Shown in pieces: positions 54,643 to 64,000 of a stretch of DNA of 64,000 nt. The notes under the pieces were generated by a model. That model ran no database searches. It worked only from the letters and a program-made list of their open reading frames with translations, and was not told where the DNA came from. The stretch is from Calditrichales bacterium (lineage in GTDB: Bacteria > Calditrichota > Calditrichia > Calditrichales > J004). Made by a program: the position numbers and the translations under genes. The stretch spans positions 896,001 to 960,000 of the forward strand of contig OZ254086.1 in NCBI GenBank assembly GCA_965267575.1, in the 5' to 3' direction. The stretch's first letter is position 1; the number at the start of each line of letters is the position of its first letter.

Positions 54643-57284
54643 TTCTTACTCCCGGGTACAAGTAAATCTTTAATTTGTTTGGAAAACTCTTTTATCTGAA
54701 AGGGCTTGCGAATGATCAGGTTTACCAGACCTTCTTCCTTCAACAGCTTCACCTTTTTTTCATCTTCAAAACCTGTCATAACAATTACAGGCATTTCCGG
54801 CCTAATGCTTTTTACTGACAGCGCCAACTCATATCCATCCATATTCGGCATACTAAGGTCCGTTATCAGCATATCAAAATCATTTGGATGATTTTCAAAT
54901 AGTTTCAGGGCATCCTCCGGGCTGTTTTTGTAAATAACACGGTAGCCGGCCAACTCCAGCAGCTCCTTGCTGACCCGGGAAATGGCCTGCTCATCATCCA
55001 CAAGCAAGATATTTGCCTGACCCGCATAAAGCTCAGCAGCATCTTCGCTTTGTTGTTCACTGTCGTTAGCCGGCTCGTGCGATGGAAAGTAGACGCTAAA
55101 AACCGTGCCTTTACCGGGACTGCTCTTAACACGTACATCACCGTGATGGTCTTTCACTATACCATGCACCATGGACAAGCCCATACCGGTACCCTGGCCA
55201 ACCGGCTTTGTAGTATAAAAGGGATCAAATATTTTTCTTATTTTTGTAGGATCGATACCGCAGCCATCGTCGGAAACTTCAAGCAAAGCATATTTTCCGT
55301 CTTTAAGCTCGTTGTCCGCGGAAACAGTCACCTCACGCACCGAAACATCAATCCGGCCTTTTTTTTCACCGATCGCGTGGTAGGCATTGGTACAAAGATT
55401 CATTAAAACGGAATGCAACTGCGTGGGATCCCCTTTGACCAGCAACAAATCTTCATTTTTATAATTATAGCTGATTGTTATATGCGCCGGTATGGAAGCA
55501 CGCAAAAACTTGACCACCTCTTTCACGATAAGCTTCATGCGTATCGTTGTAATTTGCCGTTCCGCCTGGCGGCTGAAAGTAAGGATCTGCGTAACAAGAT
55601 CTCGCGCCCGGACGGATGCGGTGAGGATCTCCTGAATGGCCATTTTATTGGAGGAACTTTGCTGCATGGCCAGTTCGGCATAACCCATAATGATGCTCAG
55701 AATATTGTTAAAGTCGTGGGCGATGCCACCGGCAAGTACCCCCATGGCCTCCATTTTCTGGCTTTGCAGCAACTGGGCCTGCAGGTATTTCTCCCGGGTT
55801 ATGTTGCGCAGCTCCAGTTGGTAAAGCTGTTTTTCGTCTCCCTGCTTATCAACCAACGATGCGGTCAGCATATAATATTTTGTCTCTTCGGAGGCATAGC
55901 GGACCGATATTTCCGTGTTGGAAAGGGCCTTTTTATCTTTAAGCTCTTTGATAAAAGTTTTCGCCTCTTCCTCTTTTTCAAAAAGGTTATTGGCCAGGGT
56001 CAGTTGCGCTGAATCGTCATCTCTGCGGAGGTACTCCATTGCCATCGTGTTGGCATCGATGATATTTCCCTTTTCGTCAAATAGAATAATACCATCCTGC
56101 GAGCGTTCAAAAAGGCGGCGGAACTTGCGTTCGGAATTGAGGATTTGCTCTTCGGCTTTCCTGCGCTCACTGAGATCGCGAATCGCTACAACACGGGCAT
56201 CTTTGCCATTGTAACGGCAGTTTTGTGCAACAAGCTCGACCGGATATTCTTCCCCGTTTTTGCGAACAGCCGTGATCTCATAGGGCCTTGCTAAATTTAA
56301 CCCCATATGCTTGCGTGCTTTATCAACGTCTTTGGGCGGGGCCAGCATGGAGACCGGCGCGTTGATTAACTCGGATAGTGCGTAGCCGGTTATCCCGGTC
56401 ATGGCTTTATTGGCGCTTACGATTTTCTCATCGATGTGGATAAAAACGCCGTCAAATGAGGCATCCACAAGGGCTTTGAAACGTTGTTCATTTTCACGGA
56501 TCAACGCCAGGGCTTTTTTCTCATTACTGATATCTCGCAGGACCCCGCATATAGCGCTCTTCCCCCGATAGGTAATCACACTAAAGGCCACATTAACGGC
56601 CACCTCGTTATCCATACTATCCACTGCAAGCTGTTCACCCAGGCTGTGACGCTCGTTTTCCAGAACAAAGCTGAAATTTTTAATCAGGCTGTTATAGGTA
56701 GAGCTGAACACATCACGAAGCGTAAGTCTTCGCGCTTCTTCGCGGCTATATTTGAGAATACGGCAAAAAGAGGGATTGACTTTAAACAGTTTGTAGTCAT
56801 CCAGGTCAGCCAAAAATATGCCTTCGTTGATCGTCTCAAAGACGGCACTGAACAATTCTGCTTTTTCATTCAGTTCAATTTCCGCCAGACGCAGCTTTTC
56901 GCGCTGTTCGCGGTAGCGTAATGCCCGCACAATGGCCGGTATGAGACGCTCGGGCTTATTTTTAAGAACATAATCTACAGCGCCGGAGGTCAGGCTTTCC
57001 ACGGCCGCCTCTTCGCCAATCGTTCCCGAGAAAAAGATAAACGGCGTATCCGGCGATATTTGCTGTGCTATTGTCAGAGCCGCCTTGCCATCATAGGCGG
57101 GAAGCGTGTAGTCCGAAATAATTAAATCAAAGCGCTGTTGCCGCAGCAATTGCTCAAAATCATCGCGGTCTTCAACGGCGACAACCTCCGCGGCAATGCC
57201 CTCATTTTCCAGTTCAAGGCGGATAAGCTCCGTATCTACCTTGTTGTCTTCCAGGTTTAATATTTTTAAAGGTGAATCAAACAT
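54639..57284 (-). CDS. Cytoplasmic hybrid histidine kinase (REC, 3x PAS, HisKA, HATPase, REC)
   Basis: N-terminal REC; PAS repeats; GGIAHDFNNIL; FYTTKPVGQGTGMGL; C-terminal REC. Confidence 0.93.
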   Translation of the reverse strand: MFDSPLKILNLEDNKVDTELIRLELENEGIAAEVVAVEDRDDFEQLLRQQRFDLIISDYTLPAYDGKAALTIAQQISPDTPFIFFSGTIGEEAAVESLTSGAVDYVLKNKPERLIPAIVRALRYREQREKLRLAEIELNEKAELFSAVFETINEGIFLADLDDYKLFKVNPSFCRILKYSREEARRLTLRDVFSSTYNSLIKNFSFVLENERHSLGEQLAVDSMDNEVAVNVAFSVITYRGKSAICGVLRDISNEKKALALIRENEQRFKALVDASFDGVFIHIDEKIVSANKAMTGITGYALSELINAPVSMLAPPKDVDKARKHMGLNLARPYEITAVRKNGEEYPVELVAQNCRYNGKDARVVAIRDLSERRKAEEQILNSERKFRRLFERSQDGIILFDEKGNIIDANTMAMEYLRRDDDSAQLTLANNLFEKEEEAKTFIKELKDKKALSNTEISVRYASEETKYYMLTASLVDKQGDEKQLYQLELRNITREKYLQAQLLQSQKMEAMGVLAGGIAHDFNNILSIIMGYAELAMQQSSSNKMAIQEILTASVRARDLVTQILTFSRQAERQITTIRMKLIVKEVVKFLRASIPAHITISYNYKNEDLLLVKGDPTQLHSVLMNLCTNAYHAIGEKKGRIDVSVREVTVSADNELKDGKYALLEVSDDGCGIDPTKIRKIFDPFYTTKPVGQGTGMGLSMVHGIVKDHHGDVRVKSSPGKGTVFSVYFPSHEPANDSEQQSEDAAELYAGQANILLVDDEQAISRVSKELLELAGYRVIYKNSPEDALKLFENHPNDFDMLITDLSMPNMDGYELALSVKSIRPEMPVIVMTGFEDEKKVKLLKEEGLVNLIIRKPFQIKEFSKQIKDLLVPGSKK

Positions 57285-57296
57285 AATTCTCGATGG

Positions 57297-57740
57297 TTAT
57301 TTGTCGGGTGCAATATTGATGACGGCCCAGAACAATCCCAGTTGCTTGATGCAATCACTAAACTGATCATAATCGACCGGTTTGACCACATAGGCGTTTA
57401 CCCCCAGCTCGTAACTGCGAACAAGGTCTCTTTCTTCGCGGGATGATGTAAGCACGACTACCGGAATATGCTTAAGCTTCTTATCAGAACGCATTTCCTT
57501 AAGCACTTCCAGGCCGTCTACTTTGGGCATTTTCAAATCAAGCAAAACCACGACGGGATCGCCGTTGCCGCGGTTGCTGTATCTTCCATTACGCTTTAAA
57601 TAGTCCAACGCCTCCTGTCCGTCGCCTACCACTTCCAGGCGGTTAGCAAGGTGTGAATCCTCCAGCGCGAGCATGGTCAGTTCCACATCATTGGGATCAT
57701 CTTCGGCAAGCAATATCTTTTTGAGATCGTTACGTGTCAT
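57297..57740 (-). CDS. Rcp1-type single-domain response regulator
   Basis: LLDLKMPKVDG, IPVVVLTSS, GVNAYVVKPV and a LGLFW C-terminal arm. Confidence 0.92.
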   Translation of the reverse strand: MTRNDLKKILLAEDDPNDVELTMLALEDSHLANRLEVVGDGQEALDYLKRNGRYSNRGNGDPVVVLLDLKMPKVDGLEVLKEMRSDKKLKHIPVVVLTSSREERDLVRSYELGVNAYVVKPVDYDQFSDCIKQLGLFWAVINIAPDK

Positions 57741-60700
57741 ATCTTCTCCAATACTTTTTTCTGCTCCTGTGGCAATGTAAAGTAAAACGTTGCCCCTTCA
57801 TTTACACGGCCTTCCGCCCAAACGCGTCCGCCGTGGCGTGTAACAATACGTTTCACATTGGCCAGGCCAATGCCGGTGCCTTCAAACTCGTCCCGGGCGT
57901 GCAGGCGCTGAAACACGTTGAACAGCTTATGGGCGTAGCTCATGTCAAAGCCTACCCCGTTATCACTTACGGATATCACGTGCTCGGCGTTTTCCTCATC
58001 GCAACGGTATGTCACATTTATCCGCGGCTTTTGCCCGTTTGCCGAGTATTTAAGGGCGTTTTCAAGCAGGTTGTTCAACACCTGCCGGATCAGGGCGCCA
58101 TCGGCATTTACCTCAGGCAGCGTGTCGGCGCTTACCAGCGCGCCCCTCTTTTCAATTTCCTCGCTGTTTTCATCAAGCACTTTTTTAACAATCTGGTTCA
58201 GATCCACTTTTGCCAAACGCATCTCCGCCCGGCCCATATGCGAGAACTCCAGCAGATCGTCAATCAGATCACCCATGCGCTGCGCGGATGAGCTGATCAC
58301 GTCAATAAAGCGCTGGCCTCTTTCATCCAGCTTATCGTTGTATCTTTCCGAGAGGTTGCGAACAAACGCGGATATATGGCGCAACGGTGCGCGCAAATCG
58401 TGGGAGACGGAATAGCTGAAGGATTCCAGCTCCTTGTTAACCGCCTCAAGCTGCTGAGTCCTTTGCCTGACCCGTTGCTCAAGCATCGTATTTATATTTT
58501 CCATCTGCTTGTAGAGCCGCGCATTATCAATAATAACCGCGGTGCGTCGCGCAACATCTTCGGCAACGATCAGGTCTTCCTCACTGTAATGCCTTCCTGA
58601 CTCCGACGACACAAAAGTGAGAGCGCCAATAACTTTATCACCGGCTTTTAAGGGCACGGCCAATGCAGATACCAGCCCCAGTGCCTTTAAAATATCCAGG
58701 TGTTTTTCGTCCCGGGCCGCCAGTTCAAGCAACTCGGGTTTAATTTCAGACCAAAGCTGGCTTTTTCCTGTCCGCACCAGTTGCCCCAGCCCGGGCTCCT
58801 GGCTTAAATCCGGCGGGTAAAGTTCATACAATTCCCTGGCCAGTTTCACTTTTTTCGGATCCGGATGGGAAACGGCGATTCGGTTAAGCACATGTTTCTC
58901 AGCATCGTACAAGTCCACGGCAGCCCAATCTGCAATGCCCGGCACACAGCCGTCGGCCAGCGCCTGCAGCGCTTTATTCATGTCATGTTGCGACGCCAAT
59001 ACCGAGCCCATGGTTTTTATCAGTGTTTTTTGCCGCGTATTGGTCAGTTCCAGTTCACGCCGCACAGCCTGTTCATTTGCCAGCGCCTTTAAACGCTCTT
59101 CTTCGACTTTCAGTTTTTCGGTGATGTCCTGAATGTCTCCCACAAAGAAGGCCGGCTGTCCGTTACTTTCACGAACCAAAACGACGTTAAGCCTTATCCA
59201 CACATCCATGCCGCGGCTGTTAAATACACGCAATTTTTGGGTAAAGGAGGATTGCTTCCCTGAGACAAGACTTTCCATATTCTGCGCACATGCCTCCACG
59301 TCAGCGGGATGTGTTATTTCGGGCCACTTTTTAGCCAGCAAAGCTTCCTCGCTGTATTCAACGATTCTCATAAACGCGCGGTTTACGCGAATAAACCTGC
59401 CCGCCGGATCGGCAATGGCCCGCCCGATAGCGGCATTCTCAAAAGCCAGACGAAAGCTCTCTTCGCTGCGCCGCAGCTCAAGTTCTGCTTTGTGCCGTTC
59501 TTTTATCTCTTGCTGTAGCTTTTTATTGCTTTTTTGCAGGGCATTGGTCCTGCGTGCCACTTCATCCTCGAGATCCAAACGAATCTGCAGCAATTCCAGC
59601 TTTGTGGCGCAGATAGAAGCCCACTGTAAAACCAGCCGCTGGGAGCGCTCGTCAAAGTGACCGGCTTCCGCGTTTACAAGCTGGATAACACCAAGATACC
59701 GCTCCCGCGACCCGGACAGCGGTACAGCCAGCAGCGAGTGCAATGAAGACGGGGGATCGCCATCCTCCGGCAGCACCAACGACTGCAGGTCCTCGCAGTT
59801 GTAAGCCTCAAACGCTTGCTGATATTGTTCCCCGGCGCATTTCAGTTCGTGCCTGTTTCTATATGAGTAAGAAATAATCACGCTCTGGGCCGGCGCTATT
59901 TTGCGGGTAAACTGAACAATAAAAGAGAGCATCTCGCCAATGTCATCGATTCTTATCAGCTTTTGGCGTGCATCATTAAAATCCTTTAACTGTTGGGCGT
60001 TTTTGGCCAGCAGGTCATGCGCCTCCTGCATATCGGCCTGCACGTTTTTGCGCTGCTCTATTTCTGCTTGCAGGGACTTGTTTATCTCGGCCACTGCTTT
60101 TTGCTGCCCAACCATTCGCTGGCTCATCGCGACCAGACCGGGCACAAGAAGTGAGATGGCCAGGGCGGACAGCAAAAGCACCAGCGGGATATTTGAATGA
60201 ACACTGCTTAACAGGCTTTCATCCGGCCACAAGGTTATGGTCCAGTTACCGGGTTGATGAATGTGCGTTCTAAGTTCAAAGCTATGCTCCGGGGTGTCCT
60301 GCATGTGGCTGCCATAAACAAGCATGTCATAGGCGTGGATGGCAAAATCGAAATTATCTTCCCGGACAGAATTTGTGATGGGCCCGAAAAACAGCTGCTT
60401 GTCAAAACGGGCCAAAATCTGATGACTTTCCCCGGTTACAAGCATATAAAAATCTCTGTCGTTGAATGCTATGCTTTGGGCATTTTCCCAGGAGTGGAAT
60501 GCCGGCAGCACAGACATATCGCCCGTGATATTGCCGCTGCGGATTGTATCCGCGGATGTTCGCCAGGCCATCCCGGCAAGACCATTAATATCATCAACAT
60601 AAAACTCAGCATCACGATACCAGTCCCTGGCGGTATCATAAACGCCGCTTTCGGCCCTTTCCAACATACGCTCCAGCGCCAGAAAATCGCTGCGTATATA

Positions 60701-61468
60701 TTTTCCAAGAGCGTGATGCACATCGTTCATTTCAAAACGCAGCAGATCATTAATCTGCCGTGACTGATAGCGTTCCAGCGCGTACCACAACAAAAATGAA
60801 CCGGCGACCATGCTCAGCATTAGCGGCACTACGATCCAACGTTTTTCAAAAAAATGTTTGTGTGCATCCAGGTGATAGGCCTGCACCATTAAAGCCAGAC
60901 TGATCAATAAAATCAAAAAAGCGGCCTGCGGCGCCATATGCGTTAAGCCGGACCAGGCATAGGCCGCCTGCCAGCCGCTTACGTACCCAACCAACGAGAC
61001 AGAAGCAATAATAAAGGCGACCAGGACGGCCGTGGCAATGACAACTGAATTGGGCCGCCGCTGAATATAAAACAAACCGGCAGACACCAAAAAAAAGGCA
61101 ACCGCCGTATTGGGCGCCATACGCCCCGGATGGCTTGTATTCGTTACAATTTGCGGCTCAACAAAAAGCGTATCGATATGCAGATTAACGCTAAACACAT
61201 ATTGCGCAAGCACAAGCAGGCTAAAAAGCGCGGCTATTAAAGAAAAAGCAGCGGAGTAGTCCCCTCCTCTACTCCGGTACTGTAGCAACAGCGCCAGGCC
61301 GCAAAGCAAACCGAGCAATGCCGTGTTAAACTGAATGGGCACCACGTTTTCATTGAGCTGGAGAAGTTGCTCAATATCCGCAATCCAGCCCGCCAAAAAT
61401 AGCAGGCTAAAAAATGCGACCAAAGCTCCTATCCCCCGGCACATATATAAATATTGGGGTTTGTGCAA
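57737..61468 (-). CDS. Membrane sensor histidine kinase (multi-TM, periplasmic sensor, GAF, PAS, GAF, HisKA, HATPase)
   Basis: TM region with PGRMAPNTA; ELESFSYSVSHDLRAPLRHI; FQRLH..GTGIGLA. Confidence 0.93.
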   Translation of the reverse strand: MHKPQYLYMCRGIGALVAFFSLLFLAGWIADIEQLLQLNENVVPIQFNTALLGLLCGLALLLQYRSRGGDYSAAFSLIAALFSLLVLAQYVFSVNLHIDTLFVEPQIVTNTSHPGRMAPNTAVAFFLVSAGLFYIQRRPNSVVIATAVLVAFIIASVSLVGYVSGWQAAYAWSGLTHMAPQAAFLILLISLALMVQAYHLDAHKHFFEKRWIVVPLMLSMVAGSFLLWYALERYQSRQINDLLRFEMNDVHHALGKYIRSDFLALERMLERAESGVYDTARDWYRDAEFYVDDINGLAGMAWRTSADTIRSGNITGDMSVLPAFHSWENAQSIAFNDRDFYMLVTGESHQILARFDKQLFFGPITNSVREDNFDFAIHAYDMLVYGSHMQDTPEHSFELRTHIHQPGNWTITLWPDESLLSSVHSNIPLVLLLSALAISLLVPGLVAMSQRMVGQQKAVAEINKSLQAEIEQRKNVQADMQEAHDLLAKNAQQLKDFNDARQKLIRIDDIGEMLSFIVQFTRKIAPAQSVIISYSYRNRHELKCAGEQYQQAFEAYNCEDLQSLVLPEDGDPPSSLHSLLAVPLSGSRERYLGVIQLVNAEAGHFDERSQRLVLQWASICATKLELLQIRLDLEDEVARRTNALQKSNKKLQQEIKERHKAELELRRSEESFRLAFENAAIGRAIADPAGRFIRVNRAFMRIVEYSEEALLAKKWPEITHPADVEACAQNMESLVSGKQSSFTQKLRVFNSRGMDVWIRLNVVLVRESNGQPAFFVGDIQDITEKLKVEEERLKALANEQAVRRELELTNTRQKTLIKTMGSVLASQHDMNKALQALADGCVPGIADWAAVDLYDAEKHVLNRIAVSHPDPKKVKLARELYELYPPDLSQEPGLGQLVRTGKSQLWSEIKPELLELAARDEKHLDILKALGLVSALAVPLKAGDKVIGALTFVSSESGRHYSEEDLIVAEDVARRTAVIIDNARLYKQMENINTMLEQRVRQRTQQLEAVNKELESFSYSVSHDLRAPLRHISAFVRNLSERYNDKLDERGQRFIDVISSSAQRMGDLIDDLLEFSHMGRAEMRLAKVDLNQIVKKVLDENSEEIEKRGALVSADTLPEVNADGALIRQVLNNLLENALKYSANGQKPRINVTYRCDEENAEHVISVSDNGVGFDMSYAHKLFNVFQRLHARDEFEGTGIGLANVKRIVTRHGGRVWAEGRVNEGATFYFTLPQEQKKVLEKI

Positions 61469-61566
61469 TATACCACCGCCTTCTTTATAACCTATGTTCG
61501 GACAATGAAAATCTATCTGCTGTCAGGCGAAACTTGATTTTTGTGTAGGAAAAACACCTACGTAGG

Positions 61567-62196
61567 TTAAATTAGCAGACGTGCTTTTATGCAGTATTTT
61601 ACAAGCTCGGCACTGCTTTTCATTTTCATTTTCTTAAGAATGCGTGAACGGTACGTGGCGACTGTCTTACTGCTGATAAAAAGCTTATCTGCTATTTCAG
61701 CACTGCTGTTTCCGGACGCGATCATACGCAATACCTGGAATTCACGGGTGGAAAGACGTTCGTGCAGCAGACGCGCTTTGTTTGAGTCCGAAGCGCCGGA
61801 AGAATAATCAATGTCTATATTTATATATTTTTTATTGCGTACCGTCTTGCGTATTGCCAACAGAAGCTCAGCGGGATCCGCCTCTTTATTTACAAAGCCG
61901 TCGGCACCCAGCCGCAAGGCGTGTATGGCAAACTCTTCTTCGGGGAAAATTGTAAGCAGCAATATTTTTACACCAGGATAACTGCTCTTTAAGGGATTTA
62001 TGAGCTCCAGCCCCCCGGTCCGCGGCATATTTATGTCAAGGATCAACACATCCGGCCTGGCATGTTCCAGAATGGCCAGAAGCCCGTCACTGTCACAGGC
62101 TTCATTAATAACTTCCATATCGTCTTCGGCCCCAAGGATATATCGTAGCCCGGACCGCGTTACAGGATGGTCGTCCGCAATTACGATCTTAATCAT
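61567..62196 (-). CDS. NarL/UvrY-type response regulator (REC-LuxR HTH)
   Basis: ADDHP, LDINMP and LSTREFQV..ISSKTVATYRSRI. Confidence 0.93.
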   Translation of the reverse strand: MIKIVIADDHPVTRSGLRYILGAEDDMEVINEACDSDGLLAILEHARPDVLILDINMPRTGGLELINPLKSSYPGVKILLLTIFPEEEFAIHALRLGADGFVNKEADPAELLLAIRKTVRNKKYINIDIDYSSGASDSNKARLLHERLSTREFQVLRMIASGNSSAEIADKLFISSKTVATYRSRILKKMKMKSSAELVKYCIKARLLI

Positions 62197-62370
62197 CCTA
62201 AAAAAATTACCTTCCCTGGCAGCATGCCCGGCAGGTCACGGGATCTTCCAATATTTAAGATAAAATCGCTCCGGTATTATTGTCAGTTAAGAACGTGAAT
62301 AAATATCAAAGCAAACCTCAAAAAGGGCAATCGGAAAGTGTATGAAAGTGATGTAGGAATTTTGACCACA

Positions 62371-63000
62371 TCAGGCGAGCAGTTTATTGCGAATACAGTA
62401 ATTGATCAGCTCGGCGCTGTTTTCAAAACCCATTTTCTGAAATACGCGCGCGCGATAGGTTGCGACTGTTTTTTCGCTTATATGGAGAGAACCGGCAATT
62501 TTTCCGGTAGACATACCGCCTCCAATCATGCGCATAACCTCGAATTCGCGGTCGGAAAGTCTATCGTGCGGAAGGTCTGTTTCAGCCTGGCCCTTTTCAA
62601 GCATCCGGCTGGCCAGGTCCTCACTTATATACTTTTTGCCGTAATTGATGCGTCTGATGGCGCGGACAACCTCTTTCGGATCGGCCTCTTTATTCAAATA
62701 ACCCATAGCCCCCAGGCGCAGGGCGCGCATAGCAAATTGCTCTTCAGGATAGATACTCAACATAAGTGCTTTTATATGGGGATAGCCGTTAACGATCATT
62801 TCAAGAAGCGCGAAGCTGTTGTCATTCGGCAAATTGATATCAAGAATAGCAACGTTTATCTGCGGGTCCTGCAAAGCTTTAATCGCTTCCGCTTTATTGT
62901 TTGCTTCTGCGACAACCTGCATGTCACCTTCATGCTCGATTAGCTCTCTGATTCCGAGCCGGGTGAGGGGGTGATCTTCCACGATCATTACTTTGATCAT
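62371..63000 (-). CDS. NarL/UvrY-type response regulator (REC-LuxR HTH), paralog
   Basis: EDHP, LDINLP and LSDREFEV..ISEKTVATYRARV. Confidence 0.93.
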   Translation of the reverse strand: MIKVMIVEDHPLTRLGIRELIEHEGDMQVVAEANNKAEAIKALQDPQINVAILDINLPNDNSFALLEMIVNGYPHIKALMLSIYPEEQFAMRALRLGAMGYLNKEADPKEVVRAIRRINYGKKYISEDLASRMLEKGQAETDLPHDRLSDREFEVMRMIGGGMSTGKIAGSLHISEKTVATYRARVFQKMGFENSAELINYCIRNKLLA

Positions 63001-64000
63001 TACGGCCTCCCTTTACGCGGAATATACAGTTTTATTTGCGTTCCTCCCTGCGCCCGCTTACACAATAAAAACCGGCCGCCGACACTATTGGCACGCTCTT
63101 CCATGCTCAGTAAACCCAGGGATGTCCGGTCTTTCCGCAGTTTATCTATACCCACGCCATCATCGTTTATAATAACCGTAAGATTGCCGCCATTTTGTTC
63201 AAGCTTAACTTCCACCAGGCTTGCCTGCGCATGTTTCAGAATATTGGTTAAAGCCTCTTGGATGATATGAAATACAGCTGTTTTTTCGTTACGTTGCGGT
63301 TGCCAATGCAAAGTTTTTTTTTGAAATACTGTTTGTATAGATGTCTTTTTTTCAAAATCGTCAAGCTGCCAGGCCAGAATTTCTTCCAGCGGTAAGTTTA
63401 ATATGGCAGGATGAAGTTTGCTGATAAGACTTCGGGTCTGTTTGATGGCACGCTCCAGGGAATGAATACACAGGTCAAGTTTCTCAAAATAGGCTTTATT
63501 GCCCGGGATGCTGGCACTGTTTTTTTTGGCCTCGTTTTTTAATCCGTGCAATATATATTTTGTGGAAACCAGTTCCTGCGCAAATTCATCGTGCAGCGTT
63601 TCGGCAATGCTTCTGCGCTCCTCTTCCCGTACCTGTTGCACTTTATGTGTCAGTTCACGCAGCCTTTGCGTGCGTTCGATTTTTTCTGATATGTCGCGCG
63701 CCATAACTGTAAAATAGACCCGCTTGCCTGTCGTAAATGTACTGAAACTCACCTCAACGGGAAATGTAAGGCCGCCTTTTTTGTAATAAAGACGGTCGCC
63801 TAAAAAGTGCGTGTCTTCTTCCAGGGCCGCCTGCACGTGGCGGTCAATATCTTCAGCACTATGGGCCACCACATCATAGTGGCGCATTTTCAGCAGCTCT
63901 TCGCGGCTAAAACCGGTCATCTGGCAAAAAGCCTTATTCACGTCCACAATAAGCCGCGTATGCACATCTACGATATAAATGGCGTCTTTGGCCGTTTCAA
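63000..64000 (-). CDS. PAS-containing NarX/HisKA_3-type histidine kinase, 5' end outside the window
   Basis: Frame open to the window edge (ETAKDAIYIVDVH); ERRSIAETLHDE; QEALTNILKHA; DDGVG; LGLLSMEERA. Confidence 0.9.
   Translation of the reverse strand, partial: ETAKDAIYIVDVHTRLIVDVNKAFCQMTGFSREELLKMRHYDVVAHSAEDIDRHVQAALEEDTHFLGDRLYYKKGGLTFPVEVSFSTFTTGKRVYFTVMARDISEKIERTQRLRELTHKVQQVREEERRSIAETLHDEFAQELVSTKYILHGLKNEAKKNSASIPGNKAYFEKLDLCIHSLERAIKQTRSLISKLHPAILNLPLEEILAWQLDDFEKKTSIQTVFQKKTLHWQPQRNEKTAVFHIIQEALTNILKHAQASLVEVKLEQNGGNLTVIINDDGVGIDKLRKDRTSLGLLSMEERANSVGGRFLLCKRAQGGTQIKLYIPRKGRP

Noticed and set aside
62338-62943. 201-aa plus-strand ORF
   Set aside because: Antisense to a clear LuxR-family response regulator.

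Overview
A 64-kb chromosomal window from a diderm FCB-group-like bacterium. Seven proteins carry T9SS-type C-terminal sorting domains, and a PorV-like barrel, Shine-Dalgarno sites and sigma70 promoters are present. Calditrichota/KSB1-like affinity is inferred, not shown. From left to right: (i) a lipoprotein cytochrome c missed by the ORF track, and a five-gene operon (lipoprotein, GAF sigma54 activator, Ser/Thr kinase with PEGA domains, Kelch-CTD protein, TPR protein); (ii) a ~28-kb, mostly minus-strand cluster (7159-35102) combining an alpha-glucan utilisation locus (two GH13s, TrmB regulator, esterase, Na+/solute symporter, duplicated CBM-like CTD protein, PorV-like protein, large CTD protein, TonB-dependent receptor, PPIase; no SusD) with a split carbamoyltransferase/SxtJ/SxtK(DUF5989)/3x SGNH-TPR module, whose unannotated 52-aa peptide ends in a DltX-like FIYxxF motif; a cluster of perfect DnaA boxes lies inside it; (iii) housekeeping genes (queuosine precursor transporter, PIN toxin-antitoxin pair, bcp, hydrolases, rmuC, HD-GYP) with REP-like repeats; (iv) tRNA-Asp followed by an AT-rich ~7-kb islet (hybrid two-component system, beta-propeller glycosidase, decayed paralog) bounded by duplicated terminator plus pseudo-tRNA sequence; (v) a two-component signalling cluster running off the right edge. 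All family assignments are by motif recognition only; no searches were run.
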